64,000 bases of DNA from the NCBI RefSeq assembly GCF_963921235.1, contig NC_086097.1:216196001-216260000 (forward strand). Reading direction: 5' to 3'. Of this stretch, positions 50,154-61,789 are shown piece by piece (position 1 is the stretch's first letter; each line of letters opens with the position of its first letter). The DNA is from Mobula hypostoma. Taxonomy: Eukaryota. The position numbers and the translations under genes are program-made. The notes below the pieces were generated by a model that searched no databases, was not told where the DNA came from, and saw nothing but the letters and a program-made list of their open reading frames with translations.

Positions 50154-51287
50154 AGTTGGTTAGTTGGTTGGTTGGTGGTTGTCTCTCGGAGTCCGAGGAA
50201 GACTAAACATTGTGCAGTCATCTGTGGATACGCATGTGTCTTCGGAGGCCGAAGGTCGAAGCACACATGTGGTTGCAGGTTGGACATGGAATGGCGGTTG
50301 TCAGAACAGGTGCACACACAGCTTTGTGGCGCCGGTCTCGTGCTGCTGCAAGGCGCTGATTTCGGTCATCCTCAAAGTCAGATGCAGCTTTTCCAGTCAG
50401 GACCTGCCACGCAGCCCTGTCGGCTGCAGACTCCTCAAGTTGTTGAGGCTGGAGATCTGCCCATTTGATGTACAATTTCAGATTGTCTTTGAATCTTTTT
50501 TTGAGGCAACCCTGATTGCGACTGCCATGCTCAAGCTCACCGTAGAGCAGCTGCCTGGGGATTCTTGTTTCACCCTTGTGGATTACATGGCCAGTCCAGT
50601 GTAGCTAGGCCTGGAGGATCCTTGCCTCAATGCTTGTGCTGTTGGCTCTGTCAAAGACTTCCTGGTTGGTGATTTCGTCCTGACATCGAATCCTCATGAT
50701 CGACCTCAGAGAGCGCATGTGAAACTGCTCCAGCTGTTTGATGTGCCTGCGGTACAGGGTCCAGGTTTCGCAGTCGTACAGGAGAGAGGTGAGGACCACA
50801 GCCTTGTACACCCTGAGCTTGCTTGAAAGCTGAATGTCCTTGTGCTCCGGAACTTTCACCCGGAGTTTCCCGAGTGCCTGGCTGGCTTTCTGAATCCTTG
50901 CTACGATCTCTTTGTCAAGGGATCCGCCACCGGAGATGGTGCTTCCTAGATACTTGAAGCTCTCCACATTCTTCAGGATGGTGATGCATGGCTGAGGAGG
51001 GTGACTGTTTGGTGCAGGTTGTAGGAGAACTTCTGTCTTACCGAGGCTGATTGTCAGGCCGCACAGCTTTGAGGCTGCGGAGAACTTGTTGACAATTGTC
51101 TGCAGGTGGTTCTCCTGGTGGGCCACGAGGGCACAGTCATCAGCAAACAGGGCTTCAGTGATGAGCCTCCTCAACGTTTTGATCTTTGCAGCGAGGCGTC
51201 TCAGGTCAAACATCGATCCGTCTAGGGGATATCTTGTGTAAATACCCAGGTCTCGGTCCTTAACAGCATGCTTCAGCACTTGGGTGA
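50154..51287 (-). mobile_element. RTE-clade LINE, 5'-truncated
   Basis: ORF 50605-51279 (DGSMFDLRRLAAK, ALFADDCAL, GLTISLGKTEV, FKYLGSTIS, LLYDCETWTLY). C-terminal C2H2 motif CPTCNHMCASTFGLRRHMRIH. (CAAC)n tail at 50154-50181. Confidence 0.95.
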
Positions 51288-51559
51288 AGTGTGGGACAAC
51301 AGTTGATTGTGGAACAACAACATATCACAATGGCAAGCTTGAGCAATCAGCCACAGAGCTGGAGCTGATGAAAAGAATCTGCTCCAGCTCTGTTACCAAG
51401 GTCCAAAGGAAAACAGCTGTCCAGTGTTTGAAGATTGCTAAATGGAAATTTCCAAACAACTTTTCCAAAACAGCAAATAACTTGGAGTCTGAGATAGATT
51501 CTAAGCTCCAGTTTTAAATTATAAAGAGGCTTTCTCACGATCTTTATAAAAGACATTAG

Positions 51560-52950
51560 TAAAAAGATCTGGCTGGTCTTTCCCAGCCAGAAACCCTAGA
51601 TGAAGCGTGAGATCCACAATCTGCTGAGGGCCAGATCAGTGGTGTTCAGGTCTGGTAACCAAGTAAAATGAAAGAGGTCCAGGTTCAATCTCCAGAAAGC
51701 CATTTCACATGTGAAGTGGCAATTCTGGACCAAACTTGAATCACTGAAGGATGCTTGACAGCTGTGGTGGGGTTTGAATGCTATCACCTCTTATAAAGTG
51801 AAACCAAGTGACATAGGCGACAACAACCTTTCGCTCCCAGATGAGCTCAATGCCTTTTATGCTCACTTTGACAGTCAAAATATGCAGGTACCTTCATGAA
51901 CTCCCACAGCCCTCAATGACCCTGTGATTTCAGTCTCTGAGGCTGATGTGAGAGCGACCTTCAGGAGGGTGAACGCATAGAAAGCATCCAGCCCAGACGG
52001 GGTACCTGGCTGGGTACTAAAGATCTGTGTTGATCAACTGGCTAGATGCTTCACTGAAGTCGTTAACCTCTCGCTTCAGCAGTTTGAGGTACCTACCTGC
52101 TTCAAGCGGGCTTCTATTATATCAGTGCCTAAGAAGAATGTGGTAACCTGCCTCAGTGACTATCGTCCAGTTGCCCTTGTATCCATTGCCATGGACGTGC
52201 TTTGAGAGGTTGGTGACGGTATAAGTACCTTTACAAAGAAAGCACAGCCGCTCCTCTACTTTCTTATACATTTGTGGAGATACGCATGACATCTGAAACA
52301 CTGATAAACTTCTATAGATGTGCTGTGGAGAGTATATTGACTGGCTGCATCACAGCCTGGTATGGAAACACCAGTGCTCTTTGTATGGAAAATCCTACAA
52401 GAAGTAGTGGATACGGCCCAGTCCATCACAGGCAAAGCCCTCCCCACCACTGAGGACATCTACATGGAGTGCTGTCATAGGAACACCGCTCTTAATTTCA
52501 AGGACCCCCACCATCCAGGCCATGCTCTCTTCTCAATGCTGCCATTAGAAGGAGGTGCAGGAGCTTCAAGACCTACACCATCAGGCTCACAAATAGTTCC
52601 TACCCCTCAACTATCAGGCTCTTGACCAGAGGGAGCTAACTTTACTCATCTTCACTCTCTCCATTACTAATTGTTCCTACTACCCATGGACTCACATTCA
52701 AGGACTTTTCACGTCATGTTCTTTCTATTTATTGCTTATTTATTTATTAGTATTATTATTTTCTTGTTTTGTATTTGAACAGTTTGTTGTCTTTTGCACA
52801 TTGGTGTTTGCCTGTCTTGATGAGTGTGGTCTTTCATTGTTTCGATCTCTTTGCATTTACTGCGAATGCCAGCAAGAATATGAAAGTCTGGGTTGCATAA
52901 GGTAACATATATGTACTTTGATAATACATAAATTTACTTTGAACTTTGAA
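51560..52950 (+). mobile_element. Rex1/Babar LINE with large internal deletion
   Basis: LPDELNAFYAHFD, PDGVPGWVLK and CLSDYRPVAL are followed by a jump near 52220 to the C-terminus (ORF 52362-52625). It ends in an (ACTTTGA)n tail. Confidence 0.88.
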
Positions 52951-53954
52951 ATAATTTAAATTGCTTCACAAATAAAACATTAACCACATGTAACTTTCAA
53001 AAGAGAACATTATGACTCACATTTGGACCTATTTAAATACACTGTTCCTAATATTGTTCAAGAACATTTCCCCATATCATGATTTATTTAAGATTGCAAT
53101 TCTCTTTATGTCTAGTATTGTGGGCACTTTAAACTAATTGCTTCATCACCACATCATAAACTTTTATAATCCTTTCAGCAAATTATTTGGTGATATAAAA
53201 AGTTTGGAAGCATTGCCTCATCTACCTAATTATACTGCAGAAACACAACCCCTAATGGGAATGTCATGATCAAAACCTTTTAGTCACACACACAATGTTT
53301 TATGGCCTGGATGAGATTGTGCATCATTGACTGTAACTGTTCTAAGCTGATAGATGAAGGCTGATAAATGCCTGGAAGAGACATAAGAACAATACATAGA
53401 GATGATGCAGGAAAATATTTTAGCTGCTATCTGAGAGCATTTCCTTCAGTAATACTCGTTTAAAATATTAAACTGCTTATGTGTATTCAATGCATATCTC
53501 AGCCAAGTTTTCATTTTAATTGTGTCATTGAAGCATAGGATTATCATGAGAGGCTGACTCATTAGGGGCATTTAAGAAACCCTTAGAAAGGCACATGGAT
53601 GATTAAAAAAAGAGGGCTATATAGGAGGGAAGGGTTAGTTTAATTTCAGAGTAAGTTGAAAGTTCATTGGCTGAAGGGCATGTATGATGCTACGTTTAAT
53701 ATGGAAATACCAGTCAGTACTATATAGCAAACCATAGGACAATCATGATAATATTTTATGCAGCAAGCCGCAATTTTCCAGTTCCAGGGACCCAGGTTCT
53801 TATCTTGGGTGCTGTCTGACAGGAGCTTAGATCCAAATCAGAATCAGGTTTAATATCACCGGTATATGTCATAAAATTTGTTGACTTTGTGGCAGCGGTA
53901 CAATGCAATACATAATAATAGAAAAAAATCATGAATTACTATAAGTATACTTCC

Positions 53955-55585
53955 AAGGGTTCATTTATTTTCAATTTATACGACTCTGAAATTCTTCTTC
54001 TCCAGATAGCCACAAAACCGAGAAAGAAAAGAATGGCAGCACCATCACAAACCTCCAAATCCCATCTCCCCGCAGAAAAAAATCAAACAAAAACGGAACA
54101 GGCACATTGACCCCCAATCTCCCCCTCCCCTGCACACAAAAAATGAGAAAAATGAGAAACGGTTTTGTTCTGACGATACAACCATTGTTGGTAGAATCTC
54201 AGGTGACGACAAGAGCGCATACAGGAGAGAGATATGCCAACTAGTGGAATGGTGCTGCAGCAACAACCTGACACTCAACATCAGTAAGACGAAAGAACTG
54301 ATTGTGGACTTCAGGAAGGGTAAGACGAAGGCACACATACCAATCCTCGTAGAGGGATCAGAAATTTAGAGAGTGAGAAGCTTCAAGCTCCTGGGTGTCA
54401 AGATCTCTGAGGATCTAACCTGGTCCCAATATATCGATGTAGTTATAAAAAAGGCAAGACAGCGGCTAAACTTCATTAAGAGTTTGAAGAGATTTGGCAT
54501 GTCAACAAATACACTCAAAAACTTCTATAGTTATACCGTGGAGAGCATTCTGACAGGCTGCATCACTGTCTGGTATGGAGGGGCTACTGCACAGGACCAA
54601 AAGAAACTGCAGAAGGTTGTAAATATAGTCAGCTCCATCTTGGGTACTAGCCTCCAAAGTACCCATGACATCTTTAGGGAGCGGTGTCTCAGAAAGGCAG
54701 CATCCATTATTTAGGACCTCCAGCACCCAGGGCATGCCCTTTTCTCACTGTTACCATCAGGTAGGAGATACAGAAGCCTGAAGGCGCACACTCAGTGATT
54801 CAGGAACAGCTTCTTCTCCTCCGCCATCTGATTCCTAAATGGACATTGAATCTTTGGACACTACCTCACTTCTTTTCAATTTATAGCATTTCTGTTTTGC
54901 ATGTTTTTTAAAATCTATTCAATATACATAATTGATTTATTTGTTTTTTTATTACTATTATTCTTTTCTCTCTCTGCTAGATTATGTATTGCATTGAACT
55001 GCTGCCACTAAGTTAACAAATTTCATGTCACATGCTCGTGATAATAAATCTGATTCTGATTCTGAAAAACACAGAATATAAAAAACTATAAGACTGAAAA
55101 GAAGTCCATAGTGCAAGCCCAGATCCAAGATGCGGAAAACCTGGGTAACATTCTTCAGGCACAGCGGCAGGCTACACAGGCTTCCCTCTCTGGCAGCAGA
55201 GCGATCCTACCAGTCATCAAAAGGCAGGCAGCTGGTGCTTATCTTTTGCATTGCCCCGATGTTTCAATCACCCTCATCGCTTTAATTGGCAAACAATGGA
55301 GGCTTTAATTGGTGAAATAGAGTCTAAAAATGGCTCTCACCCTGTCCTGCAGCTTTCTCGCCATGAGGATAGTGCACGCTACACCTGCTTCCGGAATCTT
55401 CTTGGAGACTGCAGAACACTGAAACACCCAAATGATCTTTAAACTGGAAATTACAGGCTCCAACAGTTCCAGAATCACATTGAAGACAAAAAAATAAATG
55501 TAAAAGACATAAAAGAAGTATGAAGTATGGTTTCATTGTCTATCCAGAAGATGTCAACCATGGGAGCATTGTACGCAAATGCTAT
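53955..55585 (-). mobile_element. Non-coding retroposon-like element, split by a Rex1 insertion and itself inside an older minus-strand Rex1 tail (~53835-55870)
   Basis: Non-coding segments 53955-54169 and 55064-55585 flank the Rex1 copy. The left end (AATAAATGAACCCTTG on the minus strand) resembles the tail of 19806-20652. Confidence 0.45.
54170..55063 (+). mobile_element. Rex1/Babar LINE, 5'-truncated, same subfamily as 24500-25442
   Basis: ORF 54373-54714. Close nucleotide match to 24531-25442. (CTGATT)n tail. Confidence 0.93.
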
Positions 55586-56199
55586 GTTGACCAAAATATG
55601 GCCAAGATTATACTAAATACTTAAATAAGTAGAGCAAAAATGGAAATAAAAAAGTAATGAAGTAGTGTTCACGGTTTCAATATCCATTCAAAATTGGATG
55701 GCAGAGGGGAAGAAGCTGTTCCTGAATCGCTGAGTGTGTGCCTTCAGGCTTTTGTACCTCCCACCTGATGGTAACAATGAGAACAAGGCATGACCTGGGT
55801 GATATGGGTCCTTAATTATGGATGCTGCTTTATTGAGGCATCACTCCTTCAAGATGTCCTGGATATTTTCCCTATGACTATCTGAAATTCACTGGGTGCT
55901 CCACTTTTCTCCCAGACATTTTGAATTAACCTCCTATTATCTGAACGAATTAAAGGAAAATTGATGGAAAGCTTAAGTGATTGGGTGAGATGGGCATAGA
56001 TCCATAGCCAACAGTAGCACGTGTAGAGAGTAGAATGATTTGAATTCAAACAATATGCAGATGAAAACTGATGCAGATCTAACACCCAGCATTCATGCGG
56101 AAACTGACTTTATGTCTTTAAATGCTGATAACGGAACAGCATGTAGATTATGTAGCAGAAGGCCCATGGTCGCATCCAAAGAGAATGGACTGATAAAGT

Positions 56200-59100
56200 G
56201 GGGAAGAGGATCTGTTACTGGCCGAATCCAAGGTGGTGATGAACTGTCATATAGACAGGAGACTGACAATTTGGTTAAATGATGCCACAACAACAACCTC
56301 TCACTCAATATCAGCAAAACCAAAGAATTGATTATTGACTGCAGGAGTAAGAAACCATGTGTTCACAGGACAGCGTTCGTTAGGGGATCAGAGATGGAGA
56401 GGTAACTTTAAATTCCTTTGCTTCATCACATCAGAGAATTTGTCCTAGGACGGGCACAACAGCAACTCTACTTTCTTAGAAGTTTGCTCAGATTTGGCAT
56501 ATCATCTAAAACTTTGAAAACTTCTATAGATGTACAGTGGAGAATATCCTGAGTGTTTGAATCATGGCCTGATATAGAAACACCAATGCCAGAAACAAAA
56601 AAGCCAACAAAAAGTGGTGCATACAGCCCAGTCCATCACAATTAAAGCAATCCCCACCACTAATCCCATCAACAAGGAGTGCTGTCACAGGAAAGCAGCA
56701 TCCATCATCATGGACCACCACTATCTAAGCCAGTGATTCCCAACGGGGATGATTTCGTGTCCTAAGTAGTGTTTGGGAAAATAGAAGTCATCAAGGGCAT
56801 TCAGAATTCTTGGTGGGGGGTAAGCGCACCCCAACTTGAGGTACGAGCCCTGACTGACCGTTAATGTAGCAGGCACTTCCATAATTAAAGGATGAGGCAC
56901 TGGAACACAGGAAGAACCCTCGCTCCGGTGACAGTGAACACTCATCGTCACAACATGTCTGACACTCGGTAATCTCGTCCAACCTTACCAACAAGCGGAC
57001 ATTACCGGGGATGCGAGGGTGTCCAACAGTTCCCCTTGACTAGCGCCACAGAATGAGTTCATGCAATTTAACAGTTGCTAAGTCAAGAACACCCTCTCAA
57101 CTTTCTCTACGGATCTATGGAAAACAGGTTGCACAACGACACAGTGCTGGCCGGAACCAAATGGTGAAATAGAGCCAATTGGTGAACCTGCTGACCCTGA
57201 GGACTCCTCTTGAGGTGTTCAAACTGACCTCAGCTTCATTTGTGCAGTCAAGAACCATCTTTGGGGATTAGGTGATCTTATGTGATTGGTTAATTGCACC
57301 AACTGGAATAGTATGAAGTTAGCTTGCCGACTAACATTCAGATTCCAACCTGAATCCTTGTCAACATGATTTTCGTTGTTGTGATCATCTTCTTTTCTGC
57401 CTGTCCGTTCCGTTGCGTGCCACTACCTTCGTTCCATTAATGTCAAGTCACTGCCATTGTCAACATCCGATAGGCATTCCCAGAATGTCTTAATTTTTTA
57501 TTTCAGTTTAACCCCATTAATGTTGGATAAATATGTACTGCGTGATCTCTATGAGCCTGAAGGTGGTGAAGCTTCAATTCTAATCCTGCTAATAAAGAAA
57601 AACTACACAAAGTGTGTCAATACAATATTACATACCTGGGGTATGGTTTTATTCTGTTCCATCAAATCAGTGACGCCCTACATACATGTCTTATTTGTAA
57701 TACTGTGCTGTTTAATGAAACCACAAACACCATCAAGACTGCAGGAACACATCTGTAAAAGACACGCTGAAAAGACAACTAATGGTTTTACTCAGTTCCA
57801 GAAGATGAAAGAAACTTTTGAAAAGCATTGCAAACTCAAGTCATTTGCCAAGAAAGCTAAAAAATGACCTTGATAGTAGTCTCATTGCTTCTTATAACAT
57901 TTCCAAAATGATAGCAAAGTGTGGAAAATCTCAAACAATTGGGGAAATATTACTAATGCCCGCTGTCTCGTAAGTACTCACCACTGTTTTCAAAATGGAT
58001 ACCAGTATTTTAAAATCAATTCCTCTAAGCAATAATTCTGTAGCTCATTGCATTGATGAAATGAAGACATTGAGTATCAACTATGCACAAAGCTACAAAA
58101 AACAGAATTTGGGATATAACTGGTTGAGCCAATTGTGTGAGACAACAAGGCATGCCAATGGCATATGTACCGTTTATCAAAAATGGAAAAGTTTATGAAG
58201 AGATTCTCTTTTGTAAATAGTTAAAAACAAGTATCAATGGAGAATCAACCTACTACAAGCTTAAAATGTATATTCGGGATAAAAGTACTCCAATGAAGAA
58301 AAAGATTTCTTGTGCAACAGATGGAGCACCATATATGACAGCTCGCCATACTAGTTTAGTGGCATTTATGAAAAAAAGAAATACCATGTCTGTTTGCAAT
58401 CAATTGTGTAATTCATCATCAACATCTTGCAGCCAAAAACCTCAGCCAGTGACATTTTCCAAGCATGACTCTTGTAATATCTGCTATCAACAAAATTGAA
58501 GCTCATCCATTATGTAGCAGTATATTTCGCCAGTTATGCCAAGATAACGATGAAGAGTTTGAACGCTTGCTACTTCACACTGAAGTGCATTGGCTGTCAA
58601 GAGGCTGCTGTTTAAAAACATTCTTTGATCTTTTTGACACTGCGGTTGAATTTTTGCTCAAAGTCGACAAGAGCTTGGGAAATAAAATTGAACTGCGTGG
58701 AGATATGGCATACCTAGCCGATCTGTATGTTAAAATGAAGATTCAAAATATGAAACTGCAGGGTGAAAATTTCAATTTAATCTAGGCAAAAAGTGCTGTG
58801 TCCACTTTTATCGGAAAGTCGGAGATTTATAAGCAAAAGATTGGGAGAAGAATGTTCTCACTGTTTCCCTACATGGGAAGTATGGCATTCTCTTTCACAG
58901 ACGGTGATTTGCTTACACCTGGAGTCACTGAAGAAGGACTTTCAGAATAGATCTAAGGATCTGAAAGATCTGAAAATTCCGACTGGGTAATTAACCCATT
59001 TCTTTGCAAGGTGGAAGATCGGGAAGAAAGTTTGCAATAAGAAATTATCAAAATTCAGAATGATGAAGAAGCAAAAATGCATTTCAAAAATGTTGGATTT

Positions 59101-59940
59101 TGTGGTATGTGGCTACACTGTCATATGAAGTCTTCTGGTCTTTGTAAAGAGCCAAACTGCTCTTCATTCCATTTCCATCCTCCTACCTTGTTGAAAGAGG
59201 CTTCAGTGCAGTGAGCCACATACTCACAAAACACAGAAACCACTTGGACATTGTTTCTCATGGGGACTTAAGGCTTTTGCTGTCACAACTTGAACCAGAT
59301 ATTTCAACTCTTGCTAAAATTCATCAAGCTCAGTGATCACATTGATAACGAAGCTGCTATGCAACATATAGGTACTGTGTAAACTAGGTTTGAGGACAAA
59401 TAAAACTTAAAGCAGGATCATTTTTTCATGTTTGTATATGGTAGCTATGTTTTTACACTATGTGGGCACCGGAAAGTATATATTGTGCCTAAGAGGGACG
59501 TTGGCAAGTATGAAAGTGCTTTGGGGGGCTGGGCCTGTACTAAAAAAGGTTGGATAACACTGATCTAGGTCAGGCTCTGTTTTCACTGCTGTCTTCGGTC
59601 CCACACCACCAGGTAAGGAACAAATATTACCCTTCAACCATCAGGTTTCTGAACAATCGTGGATAATTCCACTCACCTCAACAATGAACTGATTCTACAA
59701 CCTATCCTATGGTGTCACTTTCAGGAATCTACAACTCATGCTCTCAGTATTATTTATTATTAGTAATACTTACATCCTTTTTTTTGCACATTGGTTGTTT
59801 GTCAATCTTTATTTATGAGTAAATTTTCATTGATTCTATTGTATTTCTTTGTTCTACTGTGAATACCTGCCAGATAAATCTCAGTGTAGTGTACGAACAT
59901 ATTCTGTACATTCATTGATAATAAATTTACTTTGAACTAT
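56200..59940 (+). mobile_element. Old Rex1 LINE split by the hAT insertion
   Basis: Rex1 RT C-terminal sequence at 56200-56730 resumes at 59563 and ends in AATAAATTTACTTTGAAC at about 59938. Confidence 0.8.
56731..59562 (+). mobile_element. hAT (Buster/Charlie-type) transposon, near full length, decayed transposase
   Basis: Termini CAGTGATTCCCAAC / GTTGGATAACACTG. Flanks ATCTAAGC / ATCTAGGT (6/8 TSD match, central TA). Motifs IPLSNNSV, CATDGAPYM, LLLHTEVHWLSRG and FPSSYLVERGFS. Confidence 0.95.
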
Positions 59941-60404
59941 TTGTGGAAAAGCTCTGTCCACAGTTGAAAAGGTAGAAATGCTTGACTGACTGCTGTTCTT
60001 AATGTAGGAGGGTTGTAGAAAAATTGGGGGTGGGGTGTGGGGAGAGATGATGGGAATGAAACAGGAGAAATTGAGTTAAATTAGAATTAATGAACATAGG
60101 TACAGAAGCTTAGACTAAAAGGCCTTTTCCACATTGGAAGATTCTATGATGCTATGCATCTATGCACAATTATGCTCTGTCATTTTAGTCCCAGCATTGG
60201 CTACTCTGCTAACGACCATCCTGTCTCCTCCAAGGAGACTGGACAATGCTAATGAGGCTGTGCTTTGCCACAGAGCTTCTGTCCCTGCGTTGACATACCT
60301 TGTTGTCCTGCTGAGGTATGTACCAGTGAGTGTCAACAAAGTGTTTGGGAGAGTTACAGAATACATGTGGACTAAGATGTTAACTGTCCTGTGCTATCAC
60401 CAGT

Positions 60405-60477
60405 GGGATCATCAGTTGATCTGCCACCTGTCTTCAGGAGTTTCGGCCCGCTTACGATCAAGGCTCCCTCGAGGTGG
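60405..60477 (-). ncRNA. Candidate hammerhead-like RNA with permuted, pseudoknotted connectivity
   Basis: Minus strand reads CCACCU-CGAG-GGAG-CC-UUGAUC-GUAAGC-GGG-CC-GAAA-CUCC-UGAAGAC-AGGUGG-CA-GAUCAA-CUGAUGA-U-CCC. The pairings GGAG/CUCC, UUGAUC/GAUCAA and CCACCU/AGGUGG are perfect. Activity is unproven. Confidence 0.55.
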
Positions 60478-60759
60478 TGGGAGATGTAACATTCATGGCA
60501 AAAAGTGCAAGCTGAGCGTCAGGGTGAGGCTTGAGGAGTGGTCAATATATGTGTGATTGTTGGCCAACAGGAAGGTTTCTGCTTGATTGACCACGGCGGT
60601 TGGCAATTCATTCAGCTGCTTTGATGGTGTAGTTGGTGAGACATGGAACTTGAAGGCACATTCACTTGTCCTTAATCAAGGTTTGAGATCCAAATTCTCT
60701 GAAGTTGATCTCTGACAGTTGGCACCTTTTAATACTCTCCAATATAAGGAAGCAAGTTT

Positions 60760-61610
60760 ACTTGTACAGCACTTTTCAAACATACGGCAGTTCAAAATGT
60801 TTTACATAGAACAAGGTATAAAAACCAAACACCCAAATTTCAGACAATATATACAAGAATAAAATCACACAAAAATAGATATGATAAAGAGAAGTTACAA
60901 TGCAGGCGATTCTAATTAAAAGCCACATTGAATAGTCGTAGTCATAGTCATACTTTATTGATCCCGAGGGAAATTGATTTTCGTTACAATTGCCCCAACC
61001 AAGAATAGAGTATAAATGTATCAATATAAAACCATAAATAATTAAATAGTAATATGTAAGTTATGCCAGGATATAAGTCCAGGACCAGCCTATTGGCTCA
61101 GGGTGTCTGACCCTCCAAGGGAGGAGTTGTAAAGTTTGATGGCCACAGGCAGGAATGACTTCCTATGATGCTCAGTGTTGCTTTAAGCTTCAGTTTAAAA
61201 GAGCTTAAAGTTAGGGCAGACTTCAGATCCTCTGGAAGGTTATTCCAGATATGTAGAACATAGTAACTAAAAGCTGCTTTGCCATGTTTAGTTTTGACCC
61301 TGAGGACGGTAAGCAGACCCACCCCGGACAACCTGAGGGCTCAGGCAGGTTCATAACGCAGCAAGAGATCGGAGATGTATCTTGGCCCTAGATCATTCAG
61401 TGCTTTATAAAGCAGTAGTAATATTTTAAAGTCAATCCTCTAAAGTCAATCTCAGTGTGGTGATCTGAGAACTGGAGCGATGTGTTCAGCAGCGTTCTGA
61501 ATGAGCTGCAGCTGTCTGAGGGATTTTTTAACAGAGTCCTAGGAAAACACCATTATAGTAGTCAAGCCTATTAAAAATAAATGCATAGATGAGTTTTTCT
61601 AGGCATGTAG
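60760..61610 (-). mobile_element. L2-type LINE 3' end interrupted by a Rex1 3' end (~60931-61172)
   Basis: HGKAAFSYYVLHIWNNLPEDLKSALTLSSFKLKLK is an L2-type C-terminus. The tail has AAAGCAC/GAAAAGTGCT-like motifs near 60770. The insert matches 49782-50025. Confidence 0.8.
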
Positions 61611-61789
61611 ATGTCATCTGGGGTCTTCTGGAAAAAGAACACCTTCCTCACTTTACCGCCATTGTACGTCTAGAAAAAAAGTGGAGCCAGTATCTCCCAT
61701 GATGTGCCTTTCTTCAATGTCTCTCAAATCAGAAGTTCCAGAACACCTGCCAAGGCTTCTACTGTCACAGTGCATCTTCAGTTTAAGAT

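Noticed and set aside
60431..60437. Second CUGANGA motif (CUGAAGA, minus strand) considered as an alternative hammerhead core
   Set aside because: It lacks flanking stem I/II partners in register, and its C is used in stem III of the better-supported fold.
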